Shown: positions 16,401-27,400 of the stretch, in pieces
How the letters are laid out: each line of letters opens with the position of its first letter
How positions within the stretch are numbered: position 1 is the stretch's first letter
DNA from: a virus
Strand: one strand, 5' to 3'
Virus record (IMG/VR): IMGVR_UViG_3300047557_003310
Location: 1-64,000 of that record
DNA length: 64,000 nt
Made by a program: the position numbers and the translations under genes
The notes under the pieces: model-generated
Databases searched by the model: none
Seen by the model: the letters and a program-made list of their open reading frames with translations, nothing else
What the model was told of the DNA's origin: nothing

Positions 16401-18336
16401 TTCACTTTCCTTTAATGATGGGGTACAAAATTTATCTGCATTTGAATTTGATTTATATGAAGACATAAATTTCAACAAAAAATATTTTAACACTGTTAAA
16501 TTTGGTAATATTGGAATTGATGCTAATGCTAGATTGGAGTTGCAAGTAACTGATGAAACTCCACAAAAATTATATTATAATTTAAAACCAAAAACAAATA
16601 TAAATTTACCAAAAAATAAAGAACAAATTTACATTGATGAGTCAATATTTGATTACAATACGATTAATATTGTTTCTAGTGATTATTCTGGAGAGTATCC
16701 AATAGTTGGAATATCAAGCACTTCTTTTGATTATTGTTTGAGGAATACTTCAGAAACTAATTTGTATTCTTCCTTTAGTTCTGACATATCTTATTATACC
16801 AATTCAAAAACAGCTTATGGTGAAATAAAATCATTAAAAATCAATTCTCCTGGTCAATATTATGATAAGTTACCAGGAATAACATCAATAACAAGTAAAA
16901 CTGGAACTGATGCAGTTTTATATTCTATAAGTGATAGTATAGGCAAAATAAAATCCACAGATATTTTAGATTTTGGATATCAATATTCAATAGATCCGAC
17001 AGTCAAACCCACTTTAAGTCTACCTAGGATTTTAAGAATAGAACCATTTTCATCAATTGATCGAGTAGTAACCACATTTAAAGGTAGATTTTATAATTAT
17101 TCACCAAATTTAATTGTTATCGATTCTGTTACCAATCAAATTCAAGATACAGTTTTAAATTTCAACCATTTAAATGGAAAAGTTACAATAATTAAAAATT
17201 CTACTGGATTTAATAACGTCAAACCTCGTATTATACCAGTAAATAATTCAAATGGGATTGGAATAAATTCTATAACTTATGATGTTCCATTAAAAAGAGC
17301 AACTGCAACTCTTAATTATGATTTCACGGACCCAAATACTTTTCCAGTCGAAATTAATGATAAAATCATAGTAGAAAATACTTCCATATTACAACTGGAT
17401 CCAGATTTTGTACCAGATGGCACAACATATAAAGGATATAATTCTAGTGAATATAATTATTCTGAATTTAATGTTGTTGCTTTTTCTACTGCAATAAATG
17501 ATGATAGAGCATATATAACATTTTCTTTGGAGAATGTGGCAAATTCTAGTTTTGAATTAGGTACTTTCGATCCAGAAAAATCTAGAGGAAATATTGTTCC
17601 AGTAAAAAATATTCCAATTTTTGACCCAATAATAAAGAAAAATTCATATGTAATTGGAGAAAAAGTTGAATCTGATGGAAAACAAGGAGTAGTTAGTAAT
17701 TGGGATCCAAAAACAAATTATATCGAAATTGAAAGTGTAGACTCATTTAAATTAAATTCATTTTTAGTTGGAAAAACTAGTGGTTCAGTTGGAAAAATAG
17801 AAGAAACTATACAATTAGATTCTGTAGGTAAAGTCAATTATTATACAATTAAAAATGATGGATGGAAAAACCAAGTAGGATTTCTGAATGTCAATAGCCA
17901 AAGAATTCATGATAGTGATTATTATCAATATTTTTCATATTCAGTTAAATCTAGGACTCCTTTTGATCGGTGGGAAAGTGTTGTTTCATCTTTAAATCAT
18001 ACTTCTGGATTTAAAAAGTTTAGCGATTTATCTATCGAATCAGAAACTATTGGTGGAACTGGAATATCAACAGATCAAAATAATGGAAATATAGTTGCTG
18101 TAGCTGATCTAAATACCATTATAGATTTAGAAACTACCTATGATTTCGATCTTGGGTCAGAGGAAAATACATTTACTCTAAATTCCGAATTAATATCAGA
18201 TGAGATCACATTTAATTCAACTACGTTACAAGATTACTCACAATCAATTGGGAATAGAGTCTTGGTAATCGATGATATAAGTGGAGAATTTAATACAAAT
18301 AGAAAATCAACTTTTGTAACAGCAATAGACATTTAA
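10465..18336 (+). CDS. g7: Baseplate wedge initiator gp7-like protein, first part (contains a YHYH-like domain)
   Basis: QLPIFVREEFP and FYSTKGT..SF.LLFKALY N-terminus; HSPIVGWAYDGNPIYGPYG; YYQYFSYSVKS...NHTSGFK; located between g6 and g8. Confidence 0.75.
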   Translation: MIKKRVKISSIVENQLPIFVREEFPLISEFLSQYYKSLDGQGSTYDILQNIDQYIKLENVTNLIESTRLSSAVDLFDANINVESTSGFPDNNGIIRIDDEIILYESKTESQFLNCIRGFSGVTSYTTSNKPEELTFSTSTTSNHSNESIVENLSILFLKEFFAKLKKQIIPGFENVKFYSDGELKLNENNFIINSKNFYSTKGTDTSFELLFKALYGDPATVIKPRDFVIRPSDSNYKITKNLVVESIEGDANQLYNRTLFQKQSQGLKETFGTVTKVEEIIKDNNTYYVLSLDFDYDKDISVRGSIFGDFSIHPKTKVIRNTRRNLPSIVVDSTINFPESGELIVETEFSTSVVKYNSKNINQFLECTGEIDDIDVGSNVYLNVYAYSLVNDAEIKVRILGILQDIEIPNNSRYFSNEQFIKFNTLGKLQDNFKYNDWITNIPVEHKVSKFEYLDNSKIKIYTIDTNFVTVSDQIYIVFFDIDIDDINEQPFEVESVSQDKKSIIVTNPYRISKIYSITKSVKTYVNNFGDEIISDVQNVYSDNLDNVYVTSQGIPGYVDYSIAKKNFSINLFGLLNSIEDEKIGITTQINNSIVDIDISVNSSQIHDYKTGDSVVYLQNPVTYTLDDGRTIELNVYNQLNHNQTYYVERISDSKLRLYKSRSNIYFNRYTNIEYNRLYSPINLKQESFTNNQKIQLLSNNYFLQDNDFVLLFDDDNNIEIWYYTYSLNQWEQIKVNISGQLFKSEYITNEQNKKLSGSNLIKKLSEPKIPEKLEETNFGATGILANGVEILNYKSNDFIYYGEIEKINVISPGSEYDVINLPSLQISPEITTTDPCIPYLEVTGELVKINVLDGGFDFLDEPKIKISGGNGSGAEVKANLISFKHEVNLNPTVKFVNLAENTISFSTYHKFRAYEEVIYQTNNQKAIGGISTNSVYYVSVQDDLKIKLHNTKEDALAGIAISLTSYGDGSQKLISKEEKKKISSVTVLNSGKNYKNNTVIIASSGINTYDSTITANNHGYVTGDIVKYQCTETYPVGLGEENYYVTRIDYNNFKLSNVGVGTTAKDFYFKTNQYVTISTSGIGTHTFKHEPISLEVLGKTGISSYSSNLFLPKLTPVFRGSISNVYIQNGGIGYGSSEILNYEKQPFFTINSGKNAQFLPNVVDGVIKDVYVINGGSGYTTPELVITGSGIGCILNPVVDNGVIKNVVVVNGGSGYQKNNTLVEAITFGKNSSFQAKIKSWNVNSTFRIINSNNLLSPDDGVLSPGENNNLKYSHLYYPTELRKKVFSKFLDENGNLIFRSDYENSTSNIKYHSPIVGWAYDGNPIYGPYGYSNPIKKSSIKKIISGYELLPSSKRPPQKKGDNIIFPNGFFVDDYVFTGNGDLDENNGRYCVTPEYPNGTYAYFCTVSENDDFKPEFPYIIGKYFRSKKIIENFDPKSNQNSFDYNNVLRNTYFYSLKDLNSNYKFLSTPNQDLNQTIKIKSTSYGKLNSIGIITGGQNYSVGDYVKFDNSSTNGYGANASVDYVLGKPVTTLQNNKYTLNNIEIYSQSNYYIGISTETHQLNDLDFVNIVGKLNLPESKNINDFVNVGVRSQFLTLTESVNSTSSTGIVTIFSVEGNLQFPFLLENDFYKIDDEVIKILKIDQNESKIKVLRNPTGSSHTAKSKLVELTRKFNFNLNKPFNSQTLNRQYYFNPTENVGFGTTTGSTVSINYTGIGTTSLNIPAGSFYIPNNDLDTNTPLIYSPNGGNSIKVSNGSSIFDLSNSKQIYSIKLSNDFIGISSNKVSIGTEGKYVGIGTTTTFLYVTDYGTGNYHSFKTDYPNVIKVDLQRNNIRVSTSSTHGLRVGDLISINVKSGITTTLKLEYNEANRRLTTNKKYFSSINTVDSTIEIVDHNYYNGQPIIYTSSSPSIGLENNRIYYVIVIDKDNLNLASSEYNSITSNQKINITSSSSGYLYEINPNINILRNQKIIFDLSDSSLSFNDGVQNLSAFEFDLYEDINFNKKYFNTVKFGNIGIDANARLELQVTDETPQKLYYNLKPKTNINLPKNKEQIYIDESIFDYNTINIVSSDYSGEYPIVGISSTSFDYCLRNTSETNLYSSFSSDISYYTNSKTAYGEIKSLKINSPGQYYDKLPGITSITSKTGTDAVLYSISDSIGKIKSTDILDFGYQYSIDPTVKPTLSLPRILRIEPFSSIDRVVTTFKGRFYNYSPNLIVIDSVTNQIQDTVLNFNHLNGKVTIIKNSTGFNNVKPRIIPVNNSNGIGINSITYDVPLKRATATLNYDFTDPNTFPVEINDKIIVENTSILQLDPDFVPDGTTYKGYNSSEYNYSEFNVVAFSTAINDDRAYITFSLENVANSSFELGTFDPEKSRGNIVPVKNIPIFDPIIKKNSYVIGEKVESDGKQGVVSNWDPKTNYIEIESVDSFKLNSFLVGKTSGSVGKIEETIQLDSVGKVNYYTIKNDGWKNQVGFLNVNSQRIHDSDYYQYFSYSVKSRTPFDRWESVVSSLNHTSGFKKFSDLSIESETIGGTGISTDQNNGNIVAVADLNTIIDLETTYDFDLGSEENTFTLNSELISDEITFNSTTLQDYSQSIGNRVLVIDDISGEFNTNRKSTFVTAIDI

Positions 18337-18342
18337 TACAAA

Positions 18343-21300
18343 ATGGCAAAAACGAGAGCCCTAAAATTCTTTCTAACAGTTCAAAGTGACATAGACGATT
18401 CTAATGTACAATCTTCTATAGTAACTTTAATAAACAATGGCTCACAACTTACTACAAATGACTATGCTAAGCTTTATAGCAAAGAGGACTTAGGGAATTA
18501 TTCTATATCTATAGTTGGAGATCAAGCAATTTTAGAATTTTTTCCAGTAGATGGAAAAATCAATGATTATTCTTATGGTTATGTCTACTACGACACAAAA
18601 AAATTTATAACTGAATCTTCTAGTTTTGATGTTAGTGACAGTGTAAGTATAGCATCATCAAATACTGTTGTATCAGCTGGTACAACAGGAACTATTGTAA
18701 TTTTGCCAGAAAAGTTTAGTTCTTCGAAAGTAGTATTGGAAATTTCTGGAGATGATGAGTCATTTGAGTTTAATGAAATAAATTTAACTGAAGATAAAGA
18801 TGGAAATTTATTTTTTGCAGAGTATGGAAGATTAAACATAAATTCCAATTCATTGACCGGTATTGGAACTTATTATACTTACAAAGAAGGAAATAATATT
18901 AAAATAGATTTTTCTCCTTTTGACACTAGCCAAAATTATACTTGTAATGCTGTATCTGTTTCATTGGCAAAAACTGAGTATTCCGCATCTGGACAAAAAC
19001 AATTAAAATTTGCCAATTTATCTAGTAACAAAGTTTCTTTTGCTTCTACTGATTCTCCTGTTATAACAAAAATAATAGAGCATACATTAGAGTATCAGTC
19101 TGCATACTATTTGATACAAGTTAATGATTTAACTAATAATAGAATAGATTTCTCGGAATTGTTTACTGCAAACAATTTAACTCAATCTTTAGGGGTACAG
19201 TATGGTAGAATAGTTAGTGATATAAATTTGGGAGAGTTTGAAATTAACACTTCTGGAACATTTGAAGTATTTTTTACCCCTATACCAAATGCAGATCTTG
19301 AAGTTTTAATATTTCAACAAACATTAGGGTTTACGCCATTTTCAAATGCACCAAAAGTAATCAATTTAAAAAATTCTCAAATAGTAACTTCTGTCAGTAA
19401 AGTTGGAATAAATGATGAAAACAATAATAGAACTAATTTTAATTTAGAACATAAAAATTTACCTATATTTGAAAGGGCATTTGATGGTAGTGATCCATTT
19501 AATGTTAGATTACAAGAAAATTCAATATATTTACCAAATCACTTTTTTGTTACTGGAGAAAAGGTTCTATACAGATCAGAAGAGTTTAATAGAACATCAA
19601 ATGTAAACTCAATAGGAATAGCTGCAACATTTGTTTCTGGGATTGGAATAACAAACAAATTACCACCTGAGGCATACATTTATAAATTTGACAATTCTAG
19701 GGTAGGATTATGTTCAAGTCCAGAATATGCTCTATTGACTCCACCAATATTGTTTGACTTTGTTAGTTTGGGGACAGGAGTAGATCATTATATTACAGCT
19801 ACAAATCAAAATTCTAAATGTTTAATAGCGATTGATAATGTAATTCAATCTCCAATAGTAGGATTATCCGTGACATCGAATATTATCAGTGACATTAAAG
19901 TAACTGATAATATTTTAGTTTTCTCTGGGATATCTTCTTTCTTTGGTGGGGATCTAATTAAGATTAATGACGAAATAATGTCAATTGAATCAGTTGGAGT
20001 TGGTAGCACTGGATATGTCGGTGTAAGACGATCTTTACTTGGAACTGGGATATCATCTCATTTTTCTGGAGATCTGGTTAGAAAAATGAAAGGAAATTAC
20101 AATATCGTGGATAATGTAATTCATTTTTCTGAAGCCCCATATGGTCCATTCCCAGCGGAAGATGAATTCAAAGATTCTGAATCAATTTCGTTAGAAACCC
20201 TATCAAAATCTAAATTTCAGGGTAGAACTTTTATTAGATCGGCTGATCCCTTTGTATTAGAGGATACGTATAATCGAAATTATGTTTTTGATGATATATC
20301 AGAAGATTTTAATTCATTGCAAAAAACATTTGAATTAAAACAATCATTTTCATCTTTAGTGGGTGTGTCAAATAATATTCCCTTAGTTTTAATAAATAAT
20401 ATATTACAAATCCCAACCGAAGATTTTAATGTAGAGGAAGTGGGACCTAAAACTGAAATAGAATTTACAGGAACTGCAACTTCTATTTCATATGATCCAA
20501 ATAATGCAAGTATTCCAAGAGGAGGAATTATATTATCAATAGGATCTAGTTCTGGATTTGGATATCAACCTTTAATTTCAGCTGGAGGTACGGTCACTGT
20601 ATCATCAGCTGGGACTATACAAAGTATAAGTATTGGAAATAGTGGATCTGGTTATAGAAGAGATTATCAGCTTGTAAGGGTTGGAGTACAAACTTTTGAT
20701 TCATTTTTAGCAAATATTCAATTTATAGGAACAGCAACCGTCCAAAATGGAAGTATTGTTGGAGTTTCAATTACAAACCCTGGGATTGGATACACATCAT
20801 ATCCAAAAATTTATACAACAAAAACCAATAATTTAGTTTCATCTGGATCTACAATAATATTTTTAGAAGATTTATCCAAGATTCCAATTTCAAATGGAAT
20901 TATTGAAATAAATTCAATATTAAATAATGTCCCAATAGTAGGAATAGGTAGTACATTTGTTTTAGTTTCTACCGCAAATTCTCCATCGTCTACAATTTCT
21001 GCAAATACTTTAGTGGAAATAAAAGAATATGATCCACCAAAAGTTATTTTTGATGAACCTCTTTCTTATTCTGACATACCTCTAGTGTATTCTGGGGCAA
21101 CTGGAGTTGGAACTGAAGCCACCATAGATGTGATAGTTGGACAAGGATCTAGTGTAATAGATTTTAAGATTAAAAATTTTGGATATAATTATAAATTAAA
21201 CGACAGTTTGACATTACCAATATCTGGTCCTATTGGAATCCCAACTACATCATCATATCAAAAATTTATTTTAAATGTAGTAAAGACTTATAATGATGCA

Positions 21301-22845
21301 TTTTCATCTTGGTCAGTAGGAAGTTTAAGATTATTAGATGACATTTCATATTTAATTAATAACAAAAAAAGAACTTTCCCTTTAATGTATCAAGGAAATA
21401 GATTTTCTATAACATCAAAACCAGGCTCCAACATTGATATACAATCAACATTATTGGTTTTTATTAATGAAGTTTTACAGGAACCTGGAGTTGGTTATAT
21501 TTTTAATGGTGGTAGTACTATAACGTTTTCTGAACCACTAAAAAGATATGTAAATGGAGATTCAGATAAAGTAAAATTAATATTTTACAGGGGCACTGAG
21601 GGAATAGACGTATTGGATGTAGATATATTAGAAACGGTAAAGCCGGGTGATGTTATTAAACTAGATAGTGAAACTTACTCAAACCAACAAGATGAAAGGC
21701 AAGTTGAAGATATTTTAAGCGTTGATATAGCCAGAACAAATGTATACAAAGGCAGAGGAATATCGGAAGACAGTCAATTATTGAGACCAATAAATTGGAC
21801 TAGACAAAAAAATGATCTTTTTATAGATGGAACAAAAGTAACAAAGGATAGGACAATATATGAACCTCTAGTATTCCCAACAACAGGCATAATAAAAACG
21901 GTCGGTATTGGATCAACTCAGATTTTTGTACAAAATGTGAAAACTTTTTTTGATAATAAGAAAGAAAATAATAACACGCCTTTAAAAAACACAATACAAA
22001 TTATATCATTGGATAACTTGGTGTCAGCTTCTGCAACTGCAACCATCAATTCAAATGGTGAAGTTTCATCTATAAACATAGTGAACTCTGGTAACGGTTA
22101 TTTACAAGCGCCAAAAGTAGTAATTCAAAACCCTATAGGTATAGGATCGACCGCTATTGTAACTTCAAACATATCAAATAAAAAAGTTACTTCTTTCAAT
22201 ATTACTGGAATTGGCTCTGGATATTCGACTACTAAACCTCCATTAGTTTTAATAGAACCGCCTACACCCCAAACTGAAATTATATCCGCTGTTACATATA
22301 AAGGAGATTTTGGCATAATTACTGGAATTGCCACTACATCTATAACTGGAGTGGCTCAAACTGGACTAATATTTGATTTATTAATAGAAAAAGATTCATT
22401 TTTAAGAGATTCTACTTTTGTTGATGTCCCAATTTTAACTAGTAATATAAAACAAAATTATTATTTTGAAGTAAATAATAGTAATATTGGAAATGGGTTG
22501 GAATCTTTGTCGTCGAATGGATCAACAATTGGAATAGGGACAACTGCACTTGATAATGTATATGAAGTCATGTCAGTGTCAATTGCCCAAACTAGCGCAT
22601 ATGGAATAGGTATAACCGATGTGGCTAAAGTTGTAGTTAGTGTAAAAGATTATAACGGCATATCTGGACTTGGCTTCAGTGGGTATTATGGAAATTATAA
22701 TTGGGGCTTAATAGAATTTACGTCAAATAGGAGAGTTGCTCCAAAACAATTTGATGTAGGGTCAAATTATGGAGTAACTGGACTAAATACCAGTCCAACA
22801 GTAAGAAGAAGAGCACCATTAAAATATTTTAATTACTTAACATAA
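18343..22845 (+). CDS. Large virion structural protein (probable gp7 continuation)
   Basis: 1500 aa, GxGY beta-repeats, same frame as the upstream ORF. Confidence 0.7.
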   Translation: MAKTRALKFFLTVQSDIDDSNVQSSIVTLINNGSQLTTNDYAKLYSKEDLGNYSISIVGDQAILEFFPVDGKINDYSYGYVYYDTKKFITESSSFDVSDSVSIASSNTVVSAGTTGTIVILPEKFSSSKVVLEISGDDESFEFNEINLTEDKDGNLFFAEYGRLNINSNSLTGIGTYYTYKEGNNIKIDFSPFDTSQNYTCNAVSVSLAKTEYSASGQKQLKFANLSSNKVSFASTDSPVITKIIEHTLEYQSAYYLIQVNDLTNNRIDFSELFTANNLTQSLGVQYGRIVSDINLGEFEINTSGTFEVFFTPIPNADLEVLIFQQTLGFTPFSNAPKVINLKNSQIVTSVSKVGINDENNNRTNFNLEHKNLPIFERAFDGSDPFNVRLQENSIYLPNHFFVTGEKVLYRSEEFNRTSNVNSIGIAATFVSGIGITNKLPPEAYIYKFDNSRVGLCSSPEYALLTPPILFDFVSLGTGVDHYITATNQNSKCLIAIDNVIQSPIVGLSVTSNIISDIKVTDNILVFSGISSFFGGDLIKINDEIMSIESVGVGSTGYVGVRRSLLGTGISSHFSGDLVRKMKGNYNIVDNVIHFSEAPYGPFPAEDEFKDSESISLETLSKSKFQGRTFIRSADPFVLEDTYNRNYVFDDISEDFNSLQKTFELKQSFSSLVGVSNNIPLVLINNILQIPTEDFNVEEVGPKTEIEFTGTATSISYDPNNASIPRGGIILSIGSSSGFGYQPLISAGGTVTVSSAGTIQSISIGNSGSGYRRDYQLVRVGVQTFDSFLANIQFIGTATVQNGSIVGVSITNPGIGYTSYPKIYTTKTNNLVSSGSTIIFLEDLSKIPISNGIIEINSILNNVPIVGIGSTFVLVSTANSPSSTISANTLVEIKEYDPPKVIFDEPLSYSDIPLVYSGATGVGTEATIDVIVGQGSSVIDFKIKNFGYNYKLNDSLTLPISGPIGIPTTSSYQKFILNVVKTYNDAFSSWSVGSLRLLDDISYLINNKKRTFPLMYQGNRFSITSKPGSNIDIQSTLLVFINEVLQEPGVGYIFNGGSTITFSEPLKRYVNGDSDKVKLIFYRGTEGIDVLDVDILETVKPGDVIKLDSETYSNQQDERQVEDILSVDIARTNVYKGRGISEDSQLLRPINWTRQKNDLFIDGTKVTKDRTIYEPLVFPTTGIIKTVGIGSTQIFVQNVKTFFDNKKENNNTPLKNTIQIISLDNLVSASATATINSNGEVSSINIVNSGNGYLQAPKVVIQNPIGIGSTAIVTSNISNKKVTSFNITGIGSGYSTTKPPLVLIEPPTPQTEIISAVTYKGDFGIITGIATTSITGVAQTGLIFDLLIEKDSFLRDSTFVDVPILTSNIKQNYYFEVNNSNIGNGLESLSSNGSTIGIGTTALDNVYEVMSVSIAQTSAYGIGITDVAKVVVSVKDYNGISGLGFSGYYGNYNWGLIEFTSNRRVAPKQFDVGSNYGVTGLNTSPTVRRRAPLKYFNYLT

Positions 22846-22866
22846 ATAATATTAAAAAATAGATAA

Positions 22867-24447
22867 ATGTCAGCAATTATAACTGATCAAATTAGAATCT
22901 TAAACTCAAAAAGTTTTATAGATTCCGCAAAATCTGGTAAAAATAATCTATATGCGTTTGTTGGGTTACCAAACGCTTCTGAATATAATCAATTTTGGGA
23001 TAGTTCTCCACCACCACCAAAAGATTCATTTGATGATGAAAATGACTATTGGGATAGTATGATTTCATTAAAAAGAATAAATCCAGATCGTGATATCAGA
23101 AGTGTAATTAATAAAGTAGTTTGGGAGTCTGGTACTACTTATGATATGTACAGACACAATATAACAAGAAACAATTTATCAAAGCCATCACAAAAAACGA
23201 GTTTATATCAATCAAATTATTATGTTTTAACTAAAGATTATAGAGTGTATATTTGTCTGAATAACGGTTCATCCCCAGACAATCCAGAGGGAATTCCATC
23301 TCTATCTGAACCTAATTTTATAGACTTGGAGCCAAAAATTACAGAAGATGGATATACTTGGAAATATTTGTACACTTTAAATATAGAAGATGTAATAAAA
23401 TTTGATTCTATAAATTTCATGCCGGTTCCTAGTGATTGGGAAACCTCTATAAATTATGAACAAATACGATTAAATGCGACAAATGGTGGTCAAATTAAAG
23501 TTGCAACCATTACCAATTTCGGTCAAAATTTGGGGTCTCCAAACGTCTATTCGGATTTACCAATTCTTGGCGATGGAAATGGGGCAAAAGTTAGTATAGT
23601 AGTAGGAAATGAAGAAAAAATTACTTCTATATTCGTAACAGATGGAGGAAATGGATATACTTATGGTAAAGTTGATTTATCTTCAATTTCATTTCCTTCT
23701 AATGCAGTCCTACCAAGATTTGACGTAATCATACCGCCAAAAGGAGGACATGGTTATGACATATATAATGAACTTGGTGCCTACAATTTGTTAATTTATT
23801 CTAGATTTGAAAATGATTCGACGAATCCAGATTTTATAACTGGAAATCAAATTGCTAGAATAGGAATAATTAATAATCCATTGAGCTTTAATTCTGATAC
23901 TATTTTGGATAAAGAAAGAGCAAGTTCGGTATATGCTTTAAAATTAATAGGAAAAAATTCAGTACAAGACTACGAAGAAGCTACAATAATACCAGATTCT
24001 ATAATAACTCAAACCGTAGGAACAGGAATTACAGCTGTAGGTAGAGTCATATCTTATGATAATAAAACTGGCGTTTTAAAATACTGGCAAGACAGGTCTT
24101 TATATGGATTTAATTTAGGAGGTGAATATAATGAAAATAGAACTAGAAAATCAGATGTAGTCTCTCTATATGGAGACGATAAAGTAGAATTTACATCTAC
24201 TATTTTATCTGGCGGTTCATTAGATATTAGTGGATTTAATTTAAGTTTAAAAATAGACAACTCTTACACTGGTATAACAACGGTAATAAATAATGTTACT
24301 TATAATTTGGGGCAAAATTTTATTTCAGGTACATCAAATCCAGAAGTAAAGCCACATTCTGGGGATATCATTTATGTTGATAATAGACCATCAATAACTA
24401 GGTCTCCAAATCAAAAAGAAGATATAAAAGTAATCTTGCAGTTCTAA
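22867..24447 (+). CDS. g8: Baseplate wedge protein gp8
   Basis: MSAIITDQIR, W.SGTTYDMY, DGYTWKYLY, and C-terminal SGDIIYVDNR..ITR..NQKEDIKVILQF. Confidence 0.88.
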   Translation: MSAIITDQIRILNSKSFIDSAKSGKNNLYAFVGLPNASEYNQFWDSSPPPPKDSFDDENDYWDSMISLKRINPDRDIRSVINKVVWESGTTYDMYRHNITRNNLSKPSQKTSLYQSNYYVLTKDYRVYICLNNGSSPDNPEGIPSLSEPNFIDLEPKITEDGYTWKYLYTLNIEDVIKFDSINFMPVPSDWETSINYEQIRLNATNGGQIKVATITNFGQNLGSPNVYSDLPILGDGNGAKVSIVVGNEEKITSIFVTDGGNGYTYGKVDLSSISFPSNAVLPRFDVIIPPKGGHGYDIYNELGAYNLLIYSRFENDSTNPDFITGNQIARIGIINNPLSFNSDTILDKERASSVYALKLIGKNSVQDYEEATIIPDSIITQTVGTGITAVGRVISYDNKTGVLKYWQDRSLYGFNLGGEYNENRTRKSDVVSLYGDDKVEFTSTILSGGSLDISGFNLSLKIDNSYTGITTVINNVTYNLGQNFISGTSNPEVKPHSGDIIYVDNRPSITRSPNQKEDIKVILQF

Positions 24448-24462
24448 TAAATTAGGATAATC

Positions 24463-27400
24463 ATGCCACAAAAAACCAATTTAAATGTATTCCCATATTT
24501 TGATGACTACAATCAAGATAATATCTACCATAAGGTACTATTTAAACCTGGTTATCCAATACAGGCAAGAGAGTTAACCACTCTACAAAGCATACTTCAA
24601 ACTCAAATTGAAAGATTTGGAAATTGGGCATTCCAAGAGGGAAGTCCAGTAATACCTGGAAAAATAGTATACAATGATAGATATTATGCTGTAGAATTAA
24701 AAAATTCTTTTAATGGCATTAATATTAATCAATATTTGTCCTCTATTATTGGAACGACTATTAGAGGAGAAAAAAGCGGAGTTAGAGCTAAAGTAATATC
24801 TGCTATAAGTGATAAAATATCTGTAAGAAATAATACTACAATTTATGTCAATTTTATTGACTCCGATTTTGAAACCTCAGAATACATGGGATTTTCAGAT
24901 GGTGAAAATCTACTACTAGAACAAAATGTAACTGCTTATATTACAATAGATCCAGATTCAATTATAAACTTACAGGCAAATGAAGCATTCGCTTCCACGA
25001 TTGATGTATCATGTAATTCAGTTGGATCTACTTTATTAGTTGAGTCTGGTGTATATTTTATAAGAGGATATTTTGTAAAAAATGATAGTCAATTTATATT
25101 ATTGGATCAGTATGGAAATTTTCCTTCATATAAGGTGGGATTTTTAGTAACAGAAGACATAATTACATCTGAAGATGACAATTCATTGAATGATAATGCC
25201 AAAGGATTTTTAAATTATGCTGCTCCAGGCGCAGATAGGTTTGCAATTTCATTAGTTCTTACTAAAATAGCACCAGACGAAGAAATACCAGAAAACTTTA
25301 TACAACTTGTAGAAATAATAGATGGTATTGTAAGATCTATACAAAGAGACCCCAGATTAAATGAATTAGGTAAAGAATTAGCAAGAAGAACTTATGATGA
25401 ATCTGGAGATTATTACGTAAAACCTCCAACTATAACAGTAGAAGAATCATTAAATAATTTACTTGGAAATGATGGAATTTATAGTGGAAATCAACTAACA
25501 TTTAATGGAAATGTACCATCTGAAGATCTTGGTGTTTATAGCATTTCTCCACTAAAGGCATATGTTAAGGGTTATGAAGTTGAAACTGTTTCATCTACTC
25601 TTTTGGATTTTAAAAAAGCCAGAACTACAAAAAGATTAGAGAATCAAAGTATATTATACAACACTGGATCAACCATAAGCTTAAACAGAGTATATGGATC
25701 TCCAGTTATAGGGATTTCTACCACTTACACAATTAGTTTAAGAGATGAGAGAAAAGGAACCAATTCTGGTATATCTGTTGGAAAAGAAATAGGAGTAGCT
25801 AGAGTATACGATTTTGCATTAGAGTCTGGATCATATAATTCTAGTCTACCAGACGTAAATCAATGGGAAATAAACGTTTATGATGTACAAACATTTACAG
25901 AAATATCTGTAAATGAAACAATAACATTAAATGAATCTACTTATGTAAAAGGAAAGTCTAGTGGAGCAGTAGGATACTTAAAATATGGAGTTTCAAATTC
26001 TGGCATATTGACTGCATACAATACAAGTGGATTTTTTATAAGTGGGGAGAAAATAATTTTTAATGGTGTAGAAGACGAAAAAACAAGAGTAACAACTTCA
26101 GTTAAAAGTTACACGTTAGATCAAGTAAAATCTTTATATGGAATTGTTGGAGTCGCAAATACATTTTCTGCCGACATTGTTCAAATTAAAAAAAGACCTT
26201 TTGGAATAGCAGATATATCACCGTTAAGTTCAGGCATATCGACTATAAGTGTAACAAGTGCTCAATTTCCTGGAGTCGTAAAAATCAATGATTTGGTTTC
26301 ATATACAATACCAGGAAAATCTGATGTAACTTATTCTAAAGTTCAAACTGTAAATCCAACATCACTAGTTGTAGTAGGAGTAACCACTGTAAATGGAATT
26401 TGCGATGGAGCACTGCCAAATTCCAGTACTACAGTAACCGATCTTTCTTTATTGGGATCAAATTCGCTATCTGTTTTGGACGAAAAGCTATACACAATTT
26501 TACCAAAGTCAAATATTAGTAATGTAGATTTGAGCAATTCTTCTTTAACAATAAGAAAACAATTTGACGTAACTATCACATCAAATTCTACCGGTAATGT
26601 AGTTGCATCAGATAACGAAAAGTTTTTACCTTTTGATGAAGAAAGATATGTTTTAATTACAAGTAATGGAACAATAGAAAGACTTAGTAGTGATAAATTT
26701 GATTCCACTAGTTACAGTTCTTCTGGTGGTTCTATCATAAAATTTAATGGCTTAGAAACTACGTCAGGAAATGCGAGGTTGATTGCCACATTAACTAAAT
26801 CTAAATTAAGTCAAAAAATAAAAAATAAATCTATTGTTAAATCAATAATAATCGATAAATCTAAATTAGTTGGCTCTGGAATTGGAGAAACAACTTTAAA
26901 CAATGGGCTAGTATATGGAAATTATCCATATGGGACAAGAGTTGAAGATGAAGAATTATGTTTGTTGAGGCCAGATGTAGTTGGAATTTATGGAATATTT
27001 GAACTGAATGACACCTCTAATTTGTCATCGGATCCAAAAGCCCCCAGATTAACACTATCAAATATAAGCGGAAATTCAGCTAGTACTAATGATTTTAATG
27101 TTGGTGAAACTTTAATAGGTGAGATTAGTAGTGCGGTTGCAGTTTGTGTTGGAAAGATAAATTCAAGCACAATAGAATTTACTTATCTTAATTCTGAAAC
27201 ATTTATAATTGGAGAAAGTATAAAATTCAAAAATTCTTTAGTATCTGCTTCGGTGAATTCTATAGAAATTGGTGATAAAAATATAACTTCAAATTATGTT
27301 TTAGATGATGGCCAAAGAAATAACATGTATGACTATTCTAGAATAATTAGAAAAAGTCAATATAAAGAACCAATAAGAAAAATAAAAATATATTTTGAAT

